A stretch of DNA of 64,000 nt from Oscillospiraceae bacterium (lineage in GTDB: Bacteria > Bacillota > Clostridia > Oscillospirales > Oscillospiraceae), in contig SVMD01000012.1 of NCBI GenBank assembly GCA_015067615.1, positions 3,718 through 67,717 on the forward strand, given 5' to 3'. Position 1 is the stretch's first letter. Every line of letters begins with the position of its first letter. Positions 37,028-47,286 of the stretch are shown one piece after another. The translations under genes and the position numbers were made by a program. The notes beneath the pieces are model-generated. The model did no database searches. It had not been told where the DNA came from and saw only the letters and a list, made by a program, of their open reading frames with translations.

Positions 37028-37990
37028 TCACTCTCCCATTCTGATACGGGGATCGATAAAGCCGTAGCTCAGGTCGACCACAATGCCTGCCAGCAGACCG
37101 ATGAAGACGTAGAACACACAGTCGACCATAAACACGTCATAGTCAAACAGGGTGATGGACTGCAGATACAGCTGACCGACGCCGGGGATGGCGAAGATCT
37201 TCTCGATAACGAAGGAGCCGCCCAGAATACCGATGAACTGAGAGATGATCATGGGCAGGATGGGCACCATGGCGTTCTTCAGTGCGTGACGGGAGGTGGC
37301 CTGGGCACGGGTCAGACCCTTGGTCCGGGCCAGCAGCATATAGTCGGAGGTCAGGGTCTCCGTCAGCTCGGCACGGGTGAAACGGCACATGCCGGCGATG
37401 GTACCGAAGGACAGTGCCAGGATGGGGGCGATCATGGAGTAGAACATCTTCCAGGTGAACCAGGAGCCGCCGGCATCTGCCAGGGAGTAGACCTGCAGAG
37501 GCAGCCAGCCCAGCTTAAAGTACAGGAAGTACTGCACCAGGAAAGCATAAACATAAGAGGGAACGGAGACAAAGATCATAACAGAGGTACTGATCAGGGA
37601 GTCCTGCCACTTGTTCTTCTTGATAGCGGCATAGATGCCCAGCAGGATGCCCACGGGAATGGAGATCAGCAGGGAGTAGAAGTTGACCATGACGGTGGGC
37701 AGCAGACGGCCGGTCAGCAGATCCCACGCGGGCTCACGGAACTGGATATACCAGGAGGTACCCCAGTCCCACTCGGTGAAGATATTCTTCAGATAGATCC
37801 AGAACTGAACAAGAAGGGGCTCGTTGTAGCCCAGGGCGTCCCAGCGTGCGGCGATGACCTGAGCCAGGTTCTTATCCTGCGGCAGCTCACGGGGCAGGAT
37901 GCGGATCAGTACAAAGCAGATCGTAGAGATGACAAACAGAGTAAAGAACATCAGTACAATACGCTTCGCAGTGTACTTTGCCATTTTCAT
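37028..37990 (-). CDS. Opp/Dpp-type ABC permease (OppB-like)
   Basis: 320 aa of normal size with a typical OppB N-terminus (YTAKRIVLMFFTLFVISTICFVLIRILP) and the BPD_transp_1 motif region (LARTKGLTRAQATSRHALKNA). Confidence 0.9.
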   Translation of the reverse strand: MKMAKYTAKRIVLMFFTLFVISTICFVLIRILPRELPQDKNLAQVIAARWDALGYNEPLLVQFWIYLKNIFTEWDWGTSWYIQFREPAWDLLTGRLLPTVMVNFYSLLISIPVGILLGIYAAIKKNKWQDSLISTSVMIFVSVPSYVYAFLVQYFLYFKLGWLPLQVYSLADAGGSWFTWKMFYSMIAPILALSFGTIAGMCRFTRAELTETLTSDYMLLARTKGLTRAQATSRHALKNAMVPILPMIISQFIGILGGSFVIEKIFAIPGVGQLYLQSITLFDYDVFMVDCVFYVFIGLLAGIVVDLSYGFIDPRIRMGE

Positions 37991-38137
37991 AAGCTTTTTT
38001 CTCCTTTGCGTTTATTTTCAGAGAAATCTCGTTTGTTGAGGCGCTGCTGTTCTTCGCTACAGAATTGTTCGCCGGGGGCAAGTCCATAGCGAAAAACAGT
38101 AGCAAAAAATAAGAAGTTAGCCAAAAAGTGGCTCAAA

Positions 38138-38165
38138 GCCAGGAGGGGCTTATGCCCCCCCTGGC
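38138..38165 (-). terminator. Intra-operon hairpin after the binding-protein gene (possible attenuator or mRNA stabiliser)
   Basis: GCCAGGAGGGGC-ttat-GCCCCCCTGGC is an imperfect GC-rich hairpin. On the minus strand it is followed by TTTGAGCCACTTTTT. It lies in the 216-nt gap between the binding-protein and OppB-like genes. Confidence 0.45.
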
Positions 38166-38206
38166 CTTTCATTTGGGGTTCGCTGTTAGAGAATGTGAGC
38201 CAAGAA

Positions 38207-40660
38207 TTATTCGTAGCTCAGAGTGCCACCCTGCTCAGCAACGTAAGCTTCCCACTCAGCATCGGTGTAGTTGAAGTGAACCAGCTCGATGCCGCCGAAG
38301 CCGTACATGATGTTGTAATCCTGGGTGTACTGATCACACTGATAGGACATCAGGAAGGGAACAGTGGAGGATGCCAGGGGGATACGGTAGAAGAAGTTCA
38401 TGTAGTTCTCCTCCATGGCAGCCAGGATCTGCAGCTTGGTCTCGAAGGACTTGTTAGCCATGTCGCCGGAGCCGACCATGCAGCCGGACCAATCCTGCCA
38501 GGTCTTGGTGACTTCCTCACCCTCAACGTTCAGGGTCAGAGTAACCTGGGAGGGATCCCAGCAGCCAGCCTCGTGGATGGCGTACTGATCGGGATCGCAG
38601 TAGACCTGGAAGTTACGGAAGGGATAGAAGGCAGCGCCGCCCCATGCACCGTAGCCGATGGCGTACTCGCCGTTGGCAACGTCGCCGTAACGGTCATTGA
38701 TGTTGCCGATGGGCTCCAGGGTCAGAGCGCCGAAGCCGGAGCCTTCCATAGCTGCGTTGATGTACTTCTCGATCAGAGCAGCCTGCTGGTTGTCGGGGGA
38801 GCCCAGAGCGCCCTTTGCCCAGCCGATACGGATGTGGATGGGCTCGCCGGCGGTGTACAGACCCTCAGCGACCAGCTCGTCGCAAGCCTGCTTCATCAGG
38901 TTCTGAGCCTCGGTCAGGTTGTAGCCGTTGATGGAGTCGTGAGCGGCATCCAGGTCGGCGTAGGGAGTGCCCTCGCCGTACTCAACACCGTAGAAGTTCA
39001 CGATAGCCTGCTTAGCAGGATCGGAATTACGGTAGGAGGAGGTGGGATCGTTGTAAGCGTCGTAGTAGTACAGGCTGTTCAGCATGGAGAATGCGGGAAT
39101 GAAGCCTTCGGTGGCGCCGACCCACTCGTTACGGTCAATGGCCAGGGACATTGCGCGGCGGAAGTTGACGTTGGACAGAACCACGGAGTTGGTGTTGCCC
39201 TTGGAGTTATCCATTTCCTTCAGGTAGTCCAGACCGGTGCAGAAGAAGAAGGACATGGTGAAGGTCTCGGGAGCCTTGTACATCTGGTCGGAGGTAGCGT
39301 AGGTGACCATGTCGTCAGCAGTGGGGGTCCACTCGGACAGCTGGCCCTTCAGGAAGGCCTGCTTGGTTGCGTCAACGTCCATGACGTCGTACACAACGCG
39401 GTCAGCCTGGTAAGCCTCGACGGACTCGCCGTCAACCAGGTACTCGGTGTAGCCGACGTAACGGCCGGACTCGTCCTGGGAGAACAGGTAGTAGTTCTCG
39501 TTCTTGACGTAGACCAGCTGCTTGCCGGGCTGCAGGGACTCGATGCGGTAGGGACCGCAGGACATGGTGGTCTCCTTGGAGGTGCAGTAGTTGGTGGTGA
39601 CCAGGGTACCGGAGGTATCCTTACCAGCCTCGTACAGGCCCTCGTGGACCAGCCAGTTGGAAGCGCAGGAAGTCAGGAAGTAGTTGATGTCCAGAGCGGT
39701 CTTGGTGACGTAGCGGATGGTGTACTCATCAACCTTGTAGCAGCCGACCTGGTCATAGGTGGCGCCGAAAGCCTCGTTGGCCTTGAAAACAACAGCGTAG
39801 GTCTCGTAGCCGCCGCCAACTTCCAGGTTAGCAGCGTAGCCCTCGTACAGGGACTTGCCGGAGAACTCGTCGTTGCCCTTGCCGTCAGCGGAGTAAGCAA
39901 CTTCGTCGGTAATGGAAACGTACTGAGGAGCCTCGTTGCCGTCGGCATCGATGTAGCCCTTAGCGCCCCAGAAATCCCAGCAGTTGATGAAGACTTCGCC
40001 GGCAGCGGTAGCGTCAGCCAGGGAAGCGTAGACATCGGTGTAGGGAACGTACATACCCTCGTCGGTGGAGTAGTAGTACTCGTAGCCACCGGCAACGGCG
40101 GACTCACCAGCGATGTACAGGTTGGCACGGTAGTTCTTCATGGCAGGATCCAGCAGAGCCTTCATGGAGTAGATGTAGGAATCGGCGTTGATGACATCGC
40201 CGTTCTCCCACTTCATGTCGGGGTTCAGCTTGATCTCGAAGACGAAGCCCTTCTCAGTCTCTTCGGCAGTCTGGCCCTCGGGCAGAGTGACGTTGTACTT
40301 GGTCAGGTCGTCCTTGTGCTCAGCGGTGACGTCGGTGACGGAGTCAGCAGCGACGTAGATCCACTGATAAACACCATTGATGGAGTCCTCGATGGACATG
40401 GTAGCCAGAGGAGCCAGCACGTAGCTCATCATGGTGTCCTCGTTGGACATTTCCCAAGCGTGGGGGTTCCAGTTGTTACCCAGAGCGGTCATGCTGGTAT
40501 GGAAGGTATACTCGTACACAGGACCGGTGGGAGTGACGACTTCAGCGACAGGGGCGGTGGTGCCCTCAGGCTGCTGAGTCTCTTCGTTGTTGGAGTTGCC
40601 GCAGGCAGCCATGGACAGGACCATAGCCAGAACCAGCAGCAGCGCAAACAGCTTCTTCAT
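38207..40660 (-). CDS. Family-5 (Opp/Dpp-type) ABC substrate-binding lipoprotein, unusually large
   Basis: 817 aa with a lipoprotein signal (MKKLFALLLVLAMVLSMAAC-GNS). SBP_bac_5-like sequence runs throughout. Very strong codon bias suggests high expression. Confidence 0.85.
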   Translation of the reverse strand: MKKLFALLLVLAMVLSMAACGNSNNEETQQPEGTTAPVAEVVTPTGPVYEYTFHTSMTALGNNWNPHAWEMSNEDTMMSYVLAPLATMSIEDSINGVYQWIYVAADSVTDVTAEHKDDLTKYNVTLPEGQTAEETEKGFVFEIKLNPDMKWENGDVINADSYIYSMKALLDPAMKNYRANLYIAGESAVAGGYEYYYSTDEGMYVPYTDVYASLADATAAGEVFINCWDFWGAKGYIDADGNEAPQYVSITDEVAYSADGKGNDEFSGKSLYEGYAANLEVGGGYETYAVVFKANEAFGATYDQVGCYKVDEYTIRYVTKTALDINYFLTSCASNWLVHEGLYEAGKDTSGTLVTTNYCTSKETTMSCGPYRIESLQPGKQLVYVKNENYYLFSQDESGRYVGYTEYLVDGESVEAYQADRVVYDVMDVDATKQAFLKGQLSEWTPTADDMVTYATSDQMYKAPETFTMSFFFCTGLDYLKEMDNSKGNTNSVVLSNVNFRRAMSLAIDRNEWVGATEGFIPAFSMLNSLYYYDAYNDPTSSYRNSDPAKQAIVNFYGVEYGEGTPYADLDAAHDSINGYNLTEAQNLMKQACDELVAEGLYTAGEPIHIRIGWAKGALGSPDNQQAALIEKYINAAMEGSGFGALTLEPIGNINDRYGDVANGEYAIGYGAWGGAAFYPFRNFQVYCDPDQYAIHEAGCWDPSQVTLTLNVEGEEVTKTWQDWSGCMVGSGDMANKSFETKLQILAAMEENYMNFFYRIPLASSTVPFLMSYQCDQYTQDYNIMYGFGGIELVHFNYTDAEWEAYVAEQGGTLSYE

Positions 40661-40913
40661 TTCTTTTCCTCCTTTTAAATTTATTTACTCATGAAGTTTT
40701 CAACGTTTTGTATCACATTTCACGAATAAATTTGTATATATTTTATCCTGTTAGCCATGGGATGTCAAATATTTTTTGGTTTTTCATGATTTTCTATAGT
40801 TAAGACTTTATTAAGATTGATTTTTTGTGCAAATGGACGAAAGGGGCGTTTTTTGTATCGTTTCCAAACTATTTTATAACTATTTTGTCCTCTGTGGGCA
40901 TACTTTTCCGTTT

Positions 40914-42255
40914 TTACATTTCGTTCGTTGCGCCCGCAACCACCTTGCCGGGGGACCTTGCTTTTCTTCCCTTGTACAATTTGTACATTTCCTCCGCGGC
41001 CAGCCGGGTCTTGGCGACCACGTCACCTGCGTTCTTGGGGAAGCAGTAGTAAAGCACATCATTGTTGCCGATGCAGATCATATCCGCGATTTCGTACCAG
41101 TAGTAGTCGGCATACAGGCCGTAGCAGGCCTGGGGCTTCTGGGTGTAATTGAGCTTTCCATCACAGCCGGTGAGGGTGAAGCCCTCCGCCGGGTCGTGGG
41201 TCAGATGGCCCTGGCCTACCATATAAATATGCTTGATATCCACCAGCATGCCGATGTCCACATCCAGATCCAGCCGATAGGTGCCGTCCAGGATCTCCTG
41301 CCGGACCTGCTCCCGCTCCCAGGCATACCAGTCCGGGATGTGGGAAAACTCCGTTTCCCCTTCCAGTGCCCGCATCTCGCCCAGGGGCGTCAGTTCCCAC
41401 TTCTTGCCGCAGCCATGGCAGGTCAGGTGCACTCCCCTGCCCTCCATTTTTCCCTCCGCGCCGCAGTGGGGACATTTATATAGTATACGGTTCAGGCCGT
41501 CAGCCCGGAAATCATCGTGGATCTCAATGCCGTTTTCTTTCTGCCATCTGAAATGGTCGAAGCCGAAGGCGGCGTCCAGACCGTCGGAAAGCTCCTGCAC
41601 GCTCTTTTCCTTGATCTCTTCCCGGGTGTAGAGCAGCGTAGCCTTGGCGGTGACCTTCACACCCTTGCGGACCTGCAGTTCATTATACAAAGGATTACGG
41701 GAGAAGGCGCCGAAGGACTCGATCATCACCACCGGCACATCCAGCTTCTTTAAAATAACGCCCATCTTCCGGGGCAGGGGCGTACAGGTGCCGTCGAAGG
41801 AGTAGCTGGCTTCCGGATACATCAGCACGCTGGTTTTCAGTTCCTTGAAGCAGTACTGCATATCCCGGATCAGGGTCAGATCCGTAACGAATTTCTGGGT
41901 GGGAATACAGCCGATCTGCCGCATGACCCAATTCATCAGGCCGCCCAGACCCACGAAGGAGTCGGAGGTGGCGATGATGGAAAAATGCCGGGGGTACAGG
42001 ATCCGGTGGACAATCTGCATATCCAGGAAGCAGGAGTGGTTCATCAGGATCAGGCAGGGCTGATCCTTGGGCAGCAGCTCCATGCGCTCCGTCTCGTATT
42101 CAAATTTGGTACCGGCCATACCGAACCAGGTGAGGCCCTGGATCAGGTTCCTCCAGAAGAGGCTGATCTTTTTGGGGTCTTTATGCTCCGGCCGGGGCAA
42201 CGCCATAGCCTGTTCATAGGGGAGGGTTTTTACGCTGATCTTCAAATTCAGCACA
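40914..42255 (-). CDS. PlsC-type (lysophospholipid/glycerol-phosphate) acyltransferase-family protein with a C-terminal zinc-ribbon-containing domain
   Basis: It has the HX4D acyltransferase motif (LILMNHSCFLDMQ) and a Cys4 pattern (CPHCGAEGKMEGRGVHLTCHGCGKKW). The start is uncertain: I chose the GTG at 42255 (MLNLKIS) behind AAGGAAGG, while the track ORF extends to 42431. Confidence 0.7.
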
Positions 42256-42536
42256 TCCTTCCTTATTATTAATGTATTGCAGACTGCAATATCCGGATTC
42301 ATTATACAGAAGAACCTTACCTTCGTCAAGATTTGTTCACATTTGGCAGAAACGGCAGTTCTTCCCGACAGTTCCCGGGCATTATTCGCATTTTCATGTA
42401 TATTATGCATATTTATGCATTCTATTTCCACGTACAGAATACGTTCATCCGTTATTTTTATGCATTTTCACGCACTTTTGTGCAGTCTTACCCAGTTCTG
42501 GAAGTAATTTGAATGCATGATTGTATGTTTAACCAA

Positions 42537-42565
42537 TTGACGATGAATAAAAATCAGGTTATAAT
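42537..42565 (+). promoter_or_regulatory. Putative sigma-A promoter of the amino-acid ABC operon
   Basis: TTGACG (42537-42542), 17 nt, TATAAT (42560-42565). Confidence 0.55.
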
Positions 42566-42627
42566 GCATTCATTCTTCTTTCCCGCTGACCCCGGGAATT
42601 CAATATTTGAGATTAGGAGAGTTTATT

Positions 42628-43476
42628 ATGAAAAAGTTTATCGCAATGCTGATGGCTCTGACCATTATGCTGTCCCTGGCTGCCTGCGGCGCCGGTTCCG
42701 GCAATGGCGACGAGCTGAAGACCGTTACCGAGGGCAAGCTGACTGTGGCCCTGTCCCCCGACTTCGCTCCCATGGAGTTCGTTGACCCCACCAAGGAGGG
42801 TCAGGATATGTATGTGGGCTTCGACGTGACCCTGTCCAAGTTCATCGCTGAGGAGCTGGGCCTGGAGCTGGTCATCATGCCCATGAGCTTCGACGCCTGC
42901 CAGACCGCTGTTTACGCCGGCACCGTGGATATGTCCGTCTCCGGTTTCAGCTGGACCGAAGAGCGTGAGCAGAACTACAACATGTCCGACTACTACCATG
43001 CCGGTGACAACGAGGATGAGCAGATCCTGATCACCCTGGCCTCCAACGGCGACAAGTTCGCCACTGCCGAGGGCCTGAAGGGCGCCAAGATTGGTGCACA
43101 GAACGCCTCCCTGCAGCAGTCCCTGACCACCGAGCAGCTGCCCGACTGTGAGCTGGTGATCTTCACCGACATCGGCACCGGCGTCCTGCAGCTGAAGAAC
43201 GGCGATTTCGACTGCATCGCTGTGGCTGACGGCAACGGCGAGGCCATCATCGCCTCCAACCCCGAGATCGCCAAGTCCGGCTACAAGTTCTTCGTGGACG
43301 AGAAGTACACCGGCAACGTGATCCTGATGCAGAAGGGCAACGACACCCTGACCGAGCTGGTCAACAACATTCTGGCCAAGGCTGAGCAGTACTACGACAA
43401 GTGGTATGAGGATGCCAAGTCCACCGCCGGTATCGACGTTTCCTACGACGACGAGGGCAACGCCATCACCGAGTAA
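42628..43476 (+). CDS. Polar amino-acid ABC transporter substrate-binding lipoprotein (family 3)
   Basis: Lipoprotein signal MKKFIAMLMALTIMLSLAAC. SBP_bac_3-like sequence (LTVALSPDFAPMEF...GFDVTLSKFIAEELG...DMSVSGFS). Confidence 0.88.
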   Translation: MKKFIAMLMALTIMLSLAACGAGSGNGDELKTVTEGKLTVALSPDFAPMEFVDPTKEGQDMYVGFDVTLSKFIAEELGLELVIMPMSFDACQTAVYAGTVDMSVSGFSWTEEREQNYNMSDYYHAGDNEDEQILITLASNGDKFATAEGLKGAKIGAQNASLQQSLTTEQLPDCELVIFTDIGTGVLQLKNGDFDCIAVADGNGEAIIASNPEIAKSGYKFFVDEKYTGNVILMQKGNDTLTELVNNILAKAEQYYDKWYEDAKSTAGIDVSYDDEGNAITE

Positions 43477-43554
43477 TTCCATACCGACTTACCACGGACC
43501 GGCAGCCGAAACGGTTGCCGGTCCTAAGTGATTTATAGAAAGGAATCATCATTC

Positions 43555-44274
43555 ATGGATTTCAGCCTGTTTCTTCCCAATATGGTCAAGCTCTGGACCA
43601 AATACTGGCATATTTTCCTGCTGGAGGGTCTGAAAAACACCCTGATTCTCACCTGCATCTCCGTGGCCCTGGGTACCGTTCTGGGCGCTCTGGTTGCCAT
43701 GGCTAAGATGTCCAAGTCCAAAATCATCCGTTTCCTGATCTCCATCTACATCGAAGTGATCCGCGGTACCCCCATTCTGCTGCAGCTGTATGTGTTCTAC
43801 TTCGTGTTGCCCAATGTTTTTACCTTCATGAAGCTCTCTCCGTTCATGTGGGTGTCCATCGCCCTGTGCGTCAACTCCGCCGCCTACGTTTCCGAGGTCA
43901 TCCGCTCCGGCATCCAGGCCGTGGATAAAGGCCAGGCGGAAGCTGCCAGAAGCCTTGGTTTAAGCGAAAAGCAGACCATGATGAAGATCATTCTGCCCCA
44001 GGCGGTGCGCAACATCCTGCCTGCCCTGGGCAACGAGTTCATCATGATGCTGAAGGAGACCTCCCTGGCCTCCACCTTCTTCCTGGGTGACCTGATGACC
44101 TCCTACCAGATCGTCAAGGGCGCCACCATGCTGACCCTGGAGCCCATGACCATCATCGCCATCATCTACCTGTGCATGACCTTCCCCCTGAGTAAGATCG
44201 TGGAGCGGTTCGAAAAGAAGATGGCAAATCCCAACAGCTACCGCAAGCACAAGAAGCTGAACAAAGCAAAGTAA
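43555..44274 (+). CDS. Polar amino-acid ABC transporter permease (His/Glu/Gln/Arg/opine family)
   Basis: About 239 aa with the conserved [12 protein letters not shown] and EAARSLGLS...ILPQA motifs. Confidence 0.9.
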   Translation: MDFSLFLPNMVKLWTKYWHIFLLEGLKNTLILTCISVALGTVLGALVAMAKMSKSKIIRFLISIYIEVIRGTPILLQLYVFYFVLPNVFTFMKLSPFMWVSIALCVNSAAYVSEVIRSGIQAVDKGQAEAARSLGLSEKQTMMKIILPQAVRNILPALGNEFIMMLKETSLASTFFLGDLMTSYQIVKGATMLTLEPMTIIAIIYLCMTFPLSKIVERFEKKMANPNSYRKHKKLNKAK

Positions 44275-44287
44275 CGAGGTGCAAACA

Positions 44288-45016
<729 letters not shown>

Positions 45017-45021
45017 CTTTT

Positions 45022-45066
45022 CAGCCGCCATAGAGCCCTTTGCGTTGCTTATGGCGGCTGATTTTG
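45022..45066 (+). terminator. Rho-independent terminator after the amino-acid ABC operon
   Basis: CAGCCGCCATA ... TATGGCGGCTG (45022-45032 / 45050-45060), followed by ATTTTG. Confidence 0.6.
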
Positions 45067-45109
45067 CAAACATTTTCCCATTAAAATAATTATCAAAGGT
45101 TGTGATCCT

Positions 45110-46540
45110 ATGGATAAGCAGAAACTCTATGACATCATCGAAGCCAATTCTCCCCTGCTCACTGATCTCAGTGACCTGATCTGGGAATACGCTGAGCTGT
45201 CCCTGCTGGAATATAAGTCCACCGCCGCCTATGTGCGGATCCTGAACGAACAGGGCTTTACCGTGGAGGAGAATCTCTGCGGCATTCCCACCGCCTTCAA
45301 GGGCAGCTTCGGCTCCGGCAGCCCCGTCATCGGAATCCTGGGCGAATATGACGCCCTTTCCGGCCTGAGCCAGGTTCCCGGCATCGCCGAGAAGCAGGAG
45401 CTTGTTAAGGGCGGCTGCGGTCAGGGCTGCGGCCACCACCTGCTGGGTGCCGGTTCCCTGGGCGCCGCCATCGCCGTCAAGGAAGCCATCGCCGCCGGCG
45501 AGCTGAGCGGCACCGTGGTATTCTACGGCTGCCCCGGTGAGGAGGGCTGTGCCGGCAAGGCCTTCATGGCCCGGGACGGCCAGTTCCGGGACCTGGATGC
45601 CGCCCTGACCTGGCACCCCGGGGACACCAACGAGGTCACCGTGGGCTCCAACGCCGCCTGCATCCAGATGGAATACACCTTTACCGGAATCGCCGCCCAC
45701 GCCGCCGGCGATCCCTACAACGGCCGCTCCGCCCTGGACGCAGCGGAGCTGATGAACGTGGGCGTCAACTTCCTCCGGGAGCATATGAAGTCCAAGGAAT
45801 CCGTCCACTACTCCTTCTCCGATGCCGGCGGCATCAGCCCCAATGTGGTGCAGCCCATCGCGAAGCTGGTGTACATGGTCAGAAGCGACACCGTCCGCCA
45901 CGCCAAGGCGCTGCTGAAGCGGGTGGAGAATATCGCAAAGGGCGCCGCGCTCATGACTGACACCCAGGTTACCTGGCGGCAGATCGACGGCACCTCCGAC
46001 ACCCTGAGCAACCAGGTGCTGGAAAAGCTGCTGTTCGATAATCTCAGCGCCGCTCCCCTGCCCGAATATACCGAGGACGAGGTGGTATTCGCCAAGCAGC
46101 TGAAGGCCACCTTCGTGGACAACGGTCTGCCCGGCACCCTGACGGAGGAGATTCCCTCACTTAAAAAGTTCGTCAAGGAGCACACGGACGACGGCCACGC
46201 TCCCCTGAACAACTTCGTCTTCCCCTACCACCCCTCCTATGCCTACTCCCCCGGCTCCACCGACGTGGGCGATGTCAGCTGGCTGACCCCCACCGCCCAG
46301 TTCAACACCGCCACCTGGCCCTCCGGCTCTCCCGGCCATTCCTGGCAGAATGTGGCCGTGGGCAAGTCCGGCATCGCTCACAAGGGCATGCTGCTGGCCG
46401 CCAAGGTCCTGGCCGCCGCCTGCGCCGATCTGATGGAAAAGCCCGAACTGCTGAACGAGGCAAAGGCCGAGTTCGCCATCACCGCCGCCGAGGGCTACGA
46501 CTGCCCCCTGGATGATAAGGTTGTGGCTGGTCCCCAGTAA
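45110..46540 (+). CDS. M20-family amidohydrolase (AbgB/aminobenzoyl-glutamate-utilisation-B-like)
   Basis: 476 aa. The N-terminal pattern (LSDLIWEYAELSLLEYKS...GILGEYDALSGLSQ...GCGHHLLGAGS) is typical of the AbgB-like M20 subgroup. Confidence 0.8.
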   Translation: MDKQKLYDIIEANSPLLTDLSDLIWEYAELSLLEYKSTAAYVRILNEQGFTVEENLCGIPTAFKGSFGSGSPVIGILGEYDALSGLSQVPGIAEKQELVKGGCGQGCGHHLLGAGSLGAAIAVKEAIAAGELSGTVVFYGCPGEEGCAGKAFMARDGQFRDLDAALTWHPGDTNEVTVGSNAACIQMEYTFTGIAAHAAGDPYNGRSALDAAELMNVGVNFLREHMKSKESVHYSFSDAGGISPNVVQPIAKLVYMVRSDTVRHAKALLKRVENIAKGAALMTDTQVTWRQIDGTSDTLSNQVLEKLLFDNLSAAPLPEYTEDEVVFAKQLKATFVDNGLPGTLTEEIPSLKKFVKEHTDDGHAPLNNFVFPYHPSYAYSPGSTDVGDVSWLTPTAQFNTATWPSGSPGHSWQNVAVGKSGIAHKGMLLAAKVLAAACADLMEKPELLNEAKAEFAITAAEGYDCPLDDKVVAGPQ

Positions 46541-46546
46541 AAAAAT

Positions 46547-46580
46547 CAGCGGCGGCTGCGAATGCAGCCGCTGCTTCTTT
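46547..46580 (+). terminator. Rho-independent terminator after the M20 gene
   Basis: GC-rich imperfect hairpin CAGCGGCGGCTGC-gaa-TGCAGCCGCTG, followed by CTTCTTT. Confidence 0.55.
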
Positions 46581-46592
46581 ATGCTTCTGAGC

Positions 46593-46871
46593 TAAATTAT
46601 CGTTTATCTTAGTAAGTGGCACTGCGCGGGAGCGCCACATAAACCTTCTCCCGGGGAGAAGGTGGCCCGGCGTTAGCCGGGTCGGAAGTGGAATGCGGGC
46701 AGAAATGTTAGGTGCGGTACGCAGAAACAGACGTAAAAAACGTAGGTTTTCAGCAAGCCTTTATATATACCACAAATCAGGTTATCTCCCGCATTCCACT
46801 CCCGCCCCCTTCGGGGGCACCCTCTCCCCGGGAGAGGGGTTGGCGGCGTTCGGCCGATAAACGATAATTTT
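46593..46871. repeat. Hairpin-dense intergenic repeat, copy 4 (both TIRs present, long AT-rich central insert)
   Basis: TAAATTATCGTTTA (46593-46606) and TAAACGATAATTT (46858-46870). A 12-bp closing helix, GTGGAATGCGGG (46688-46699) / CCCGCATTCCAC (46788-46799), encloses 88 nt. Confidence 0.8.
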
Positions 46872-46895
46872 CCTCTCTATCTTCTGCTGACAACA

Positions 46896-46925
46896 ACGCC
46901 CCGGCCGATTGGCCGGGGCGTTTTG
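46896..46925. terminator. Terminator hairpin next to the ArsR gene stop
   Basis: ACGCCCCGGCC-gatt-GGCCGGGGCGT (46896-46921), followed by TTTTG on the plus strand. Confidence 0.55.
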
Positions 46926-46927
46926 AT

Positions 46928-47227
46928 TCAGTCATGCATCACATGCTCAAGACCCATCTGCAAAATGGTGCGCACATGGTCATCAGCCAGGGAGTACCAG
47001 ATGTTCTTGCCCTCCCGGCGGAATTTGATCAGATCCATCTGCTTCAGGATCCGCAGCTGGTGGGAAATAGCGCTCTGGCTTAAGTTCACCTTTTCGGCTA
47101 TGTCCGTGACACACAGTTCCCCATGGACCAGCAGCAGAGAAAGGATATGCACCCGGGTAGGGTCCGCGAAGCCCTTAAACAGGTCCGCAATATAGTCCAT
47201 GATCTCTTTCGGGGGAATCGTCTGCAT
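46928..47227 (-). CDS. ArsR/SmtB-family metalloregulatory transcriptional repressor
   Basis: 99 aa with a winged HTH (LFKGFADPTRVHILSLLLVHGELCVTDIAEKVNLSQSAISHQLRILK). Confidence 0.88.
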   Translation of the reverse strand: MQTIPPKEIMDYIADLFKGFADPTRVHILSLLLVHGELCVTDIAEKVNLSQSAISHQLRILKQMDLIKFRREGKNIWYSLADDHVRTILQMGLEHVMHD

Positions 47228-47286
47228 TTTGGGTGCCTCCTTTCGGTGTTTTTCCTATTTTACCGCAATTTCTCTGCGGTTGCAAC

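Noticed and set aside
38195-40678. Very long antisense ORFs that mirror whole genes. Examples are 38195..40678 (+, 827 aa), 11163..12908 (+), 13238..14902 (+), 880..2304 (+), 42613..43482 (-), 44162..45901 (-), 54348..56093 (-) and 33131..35422 (+).
   Set aside because: Their translations are low-complexity G/V/L/H/D/Q-rich strings with no motifs. They exactly shadow strongly supported genes on the other strand. They are the expected stop-codon-poor antisense frames of GC-rich, codon-biased genes, and none has an RBS or start-codon context.
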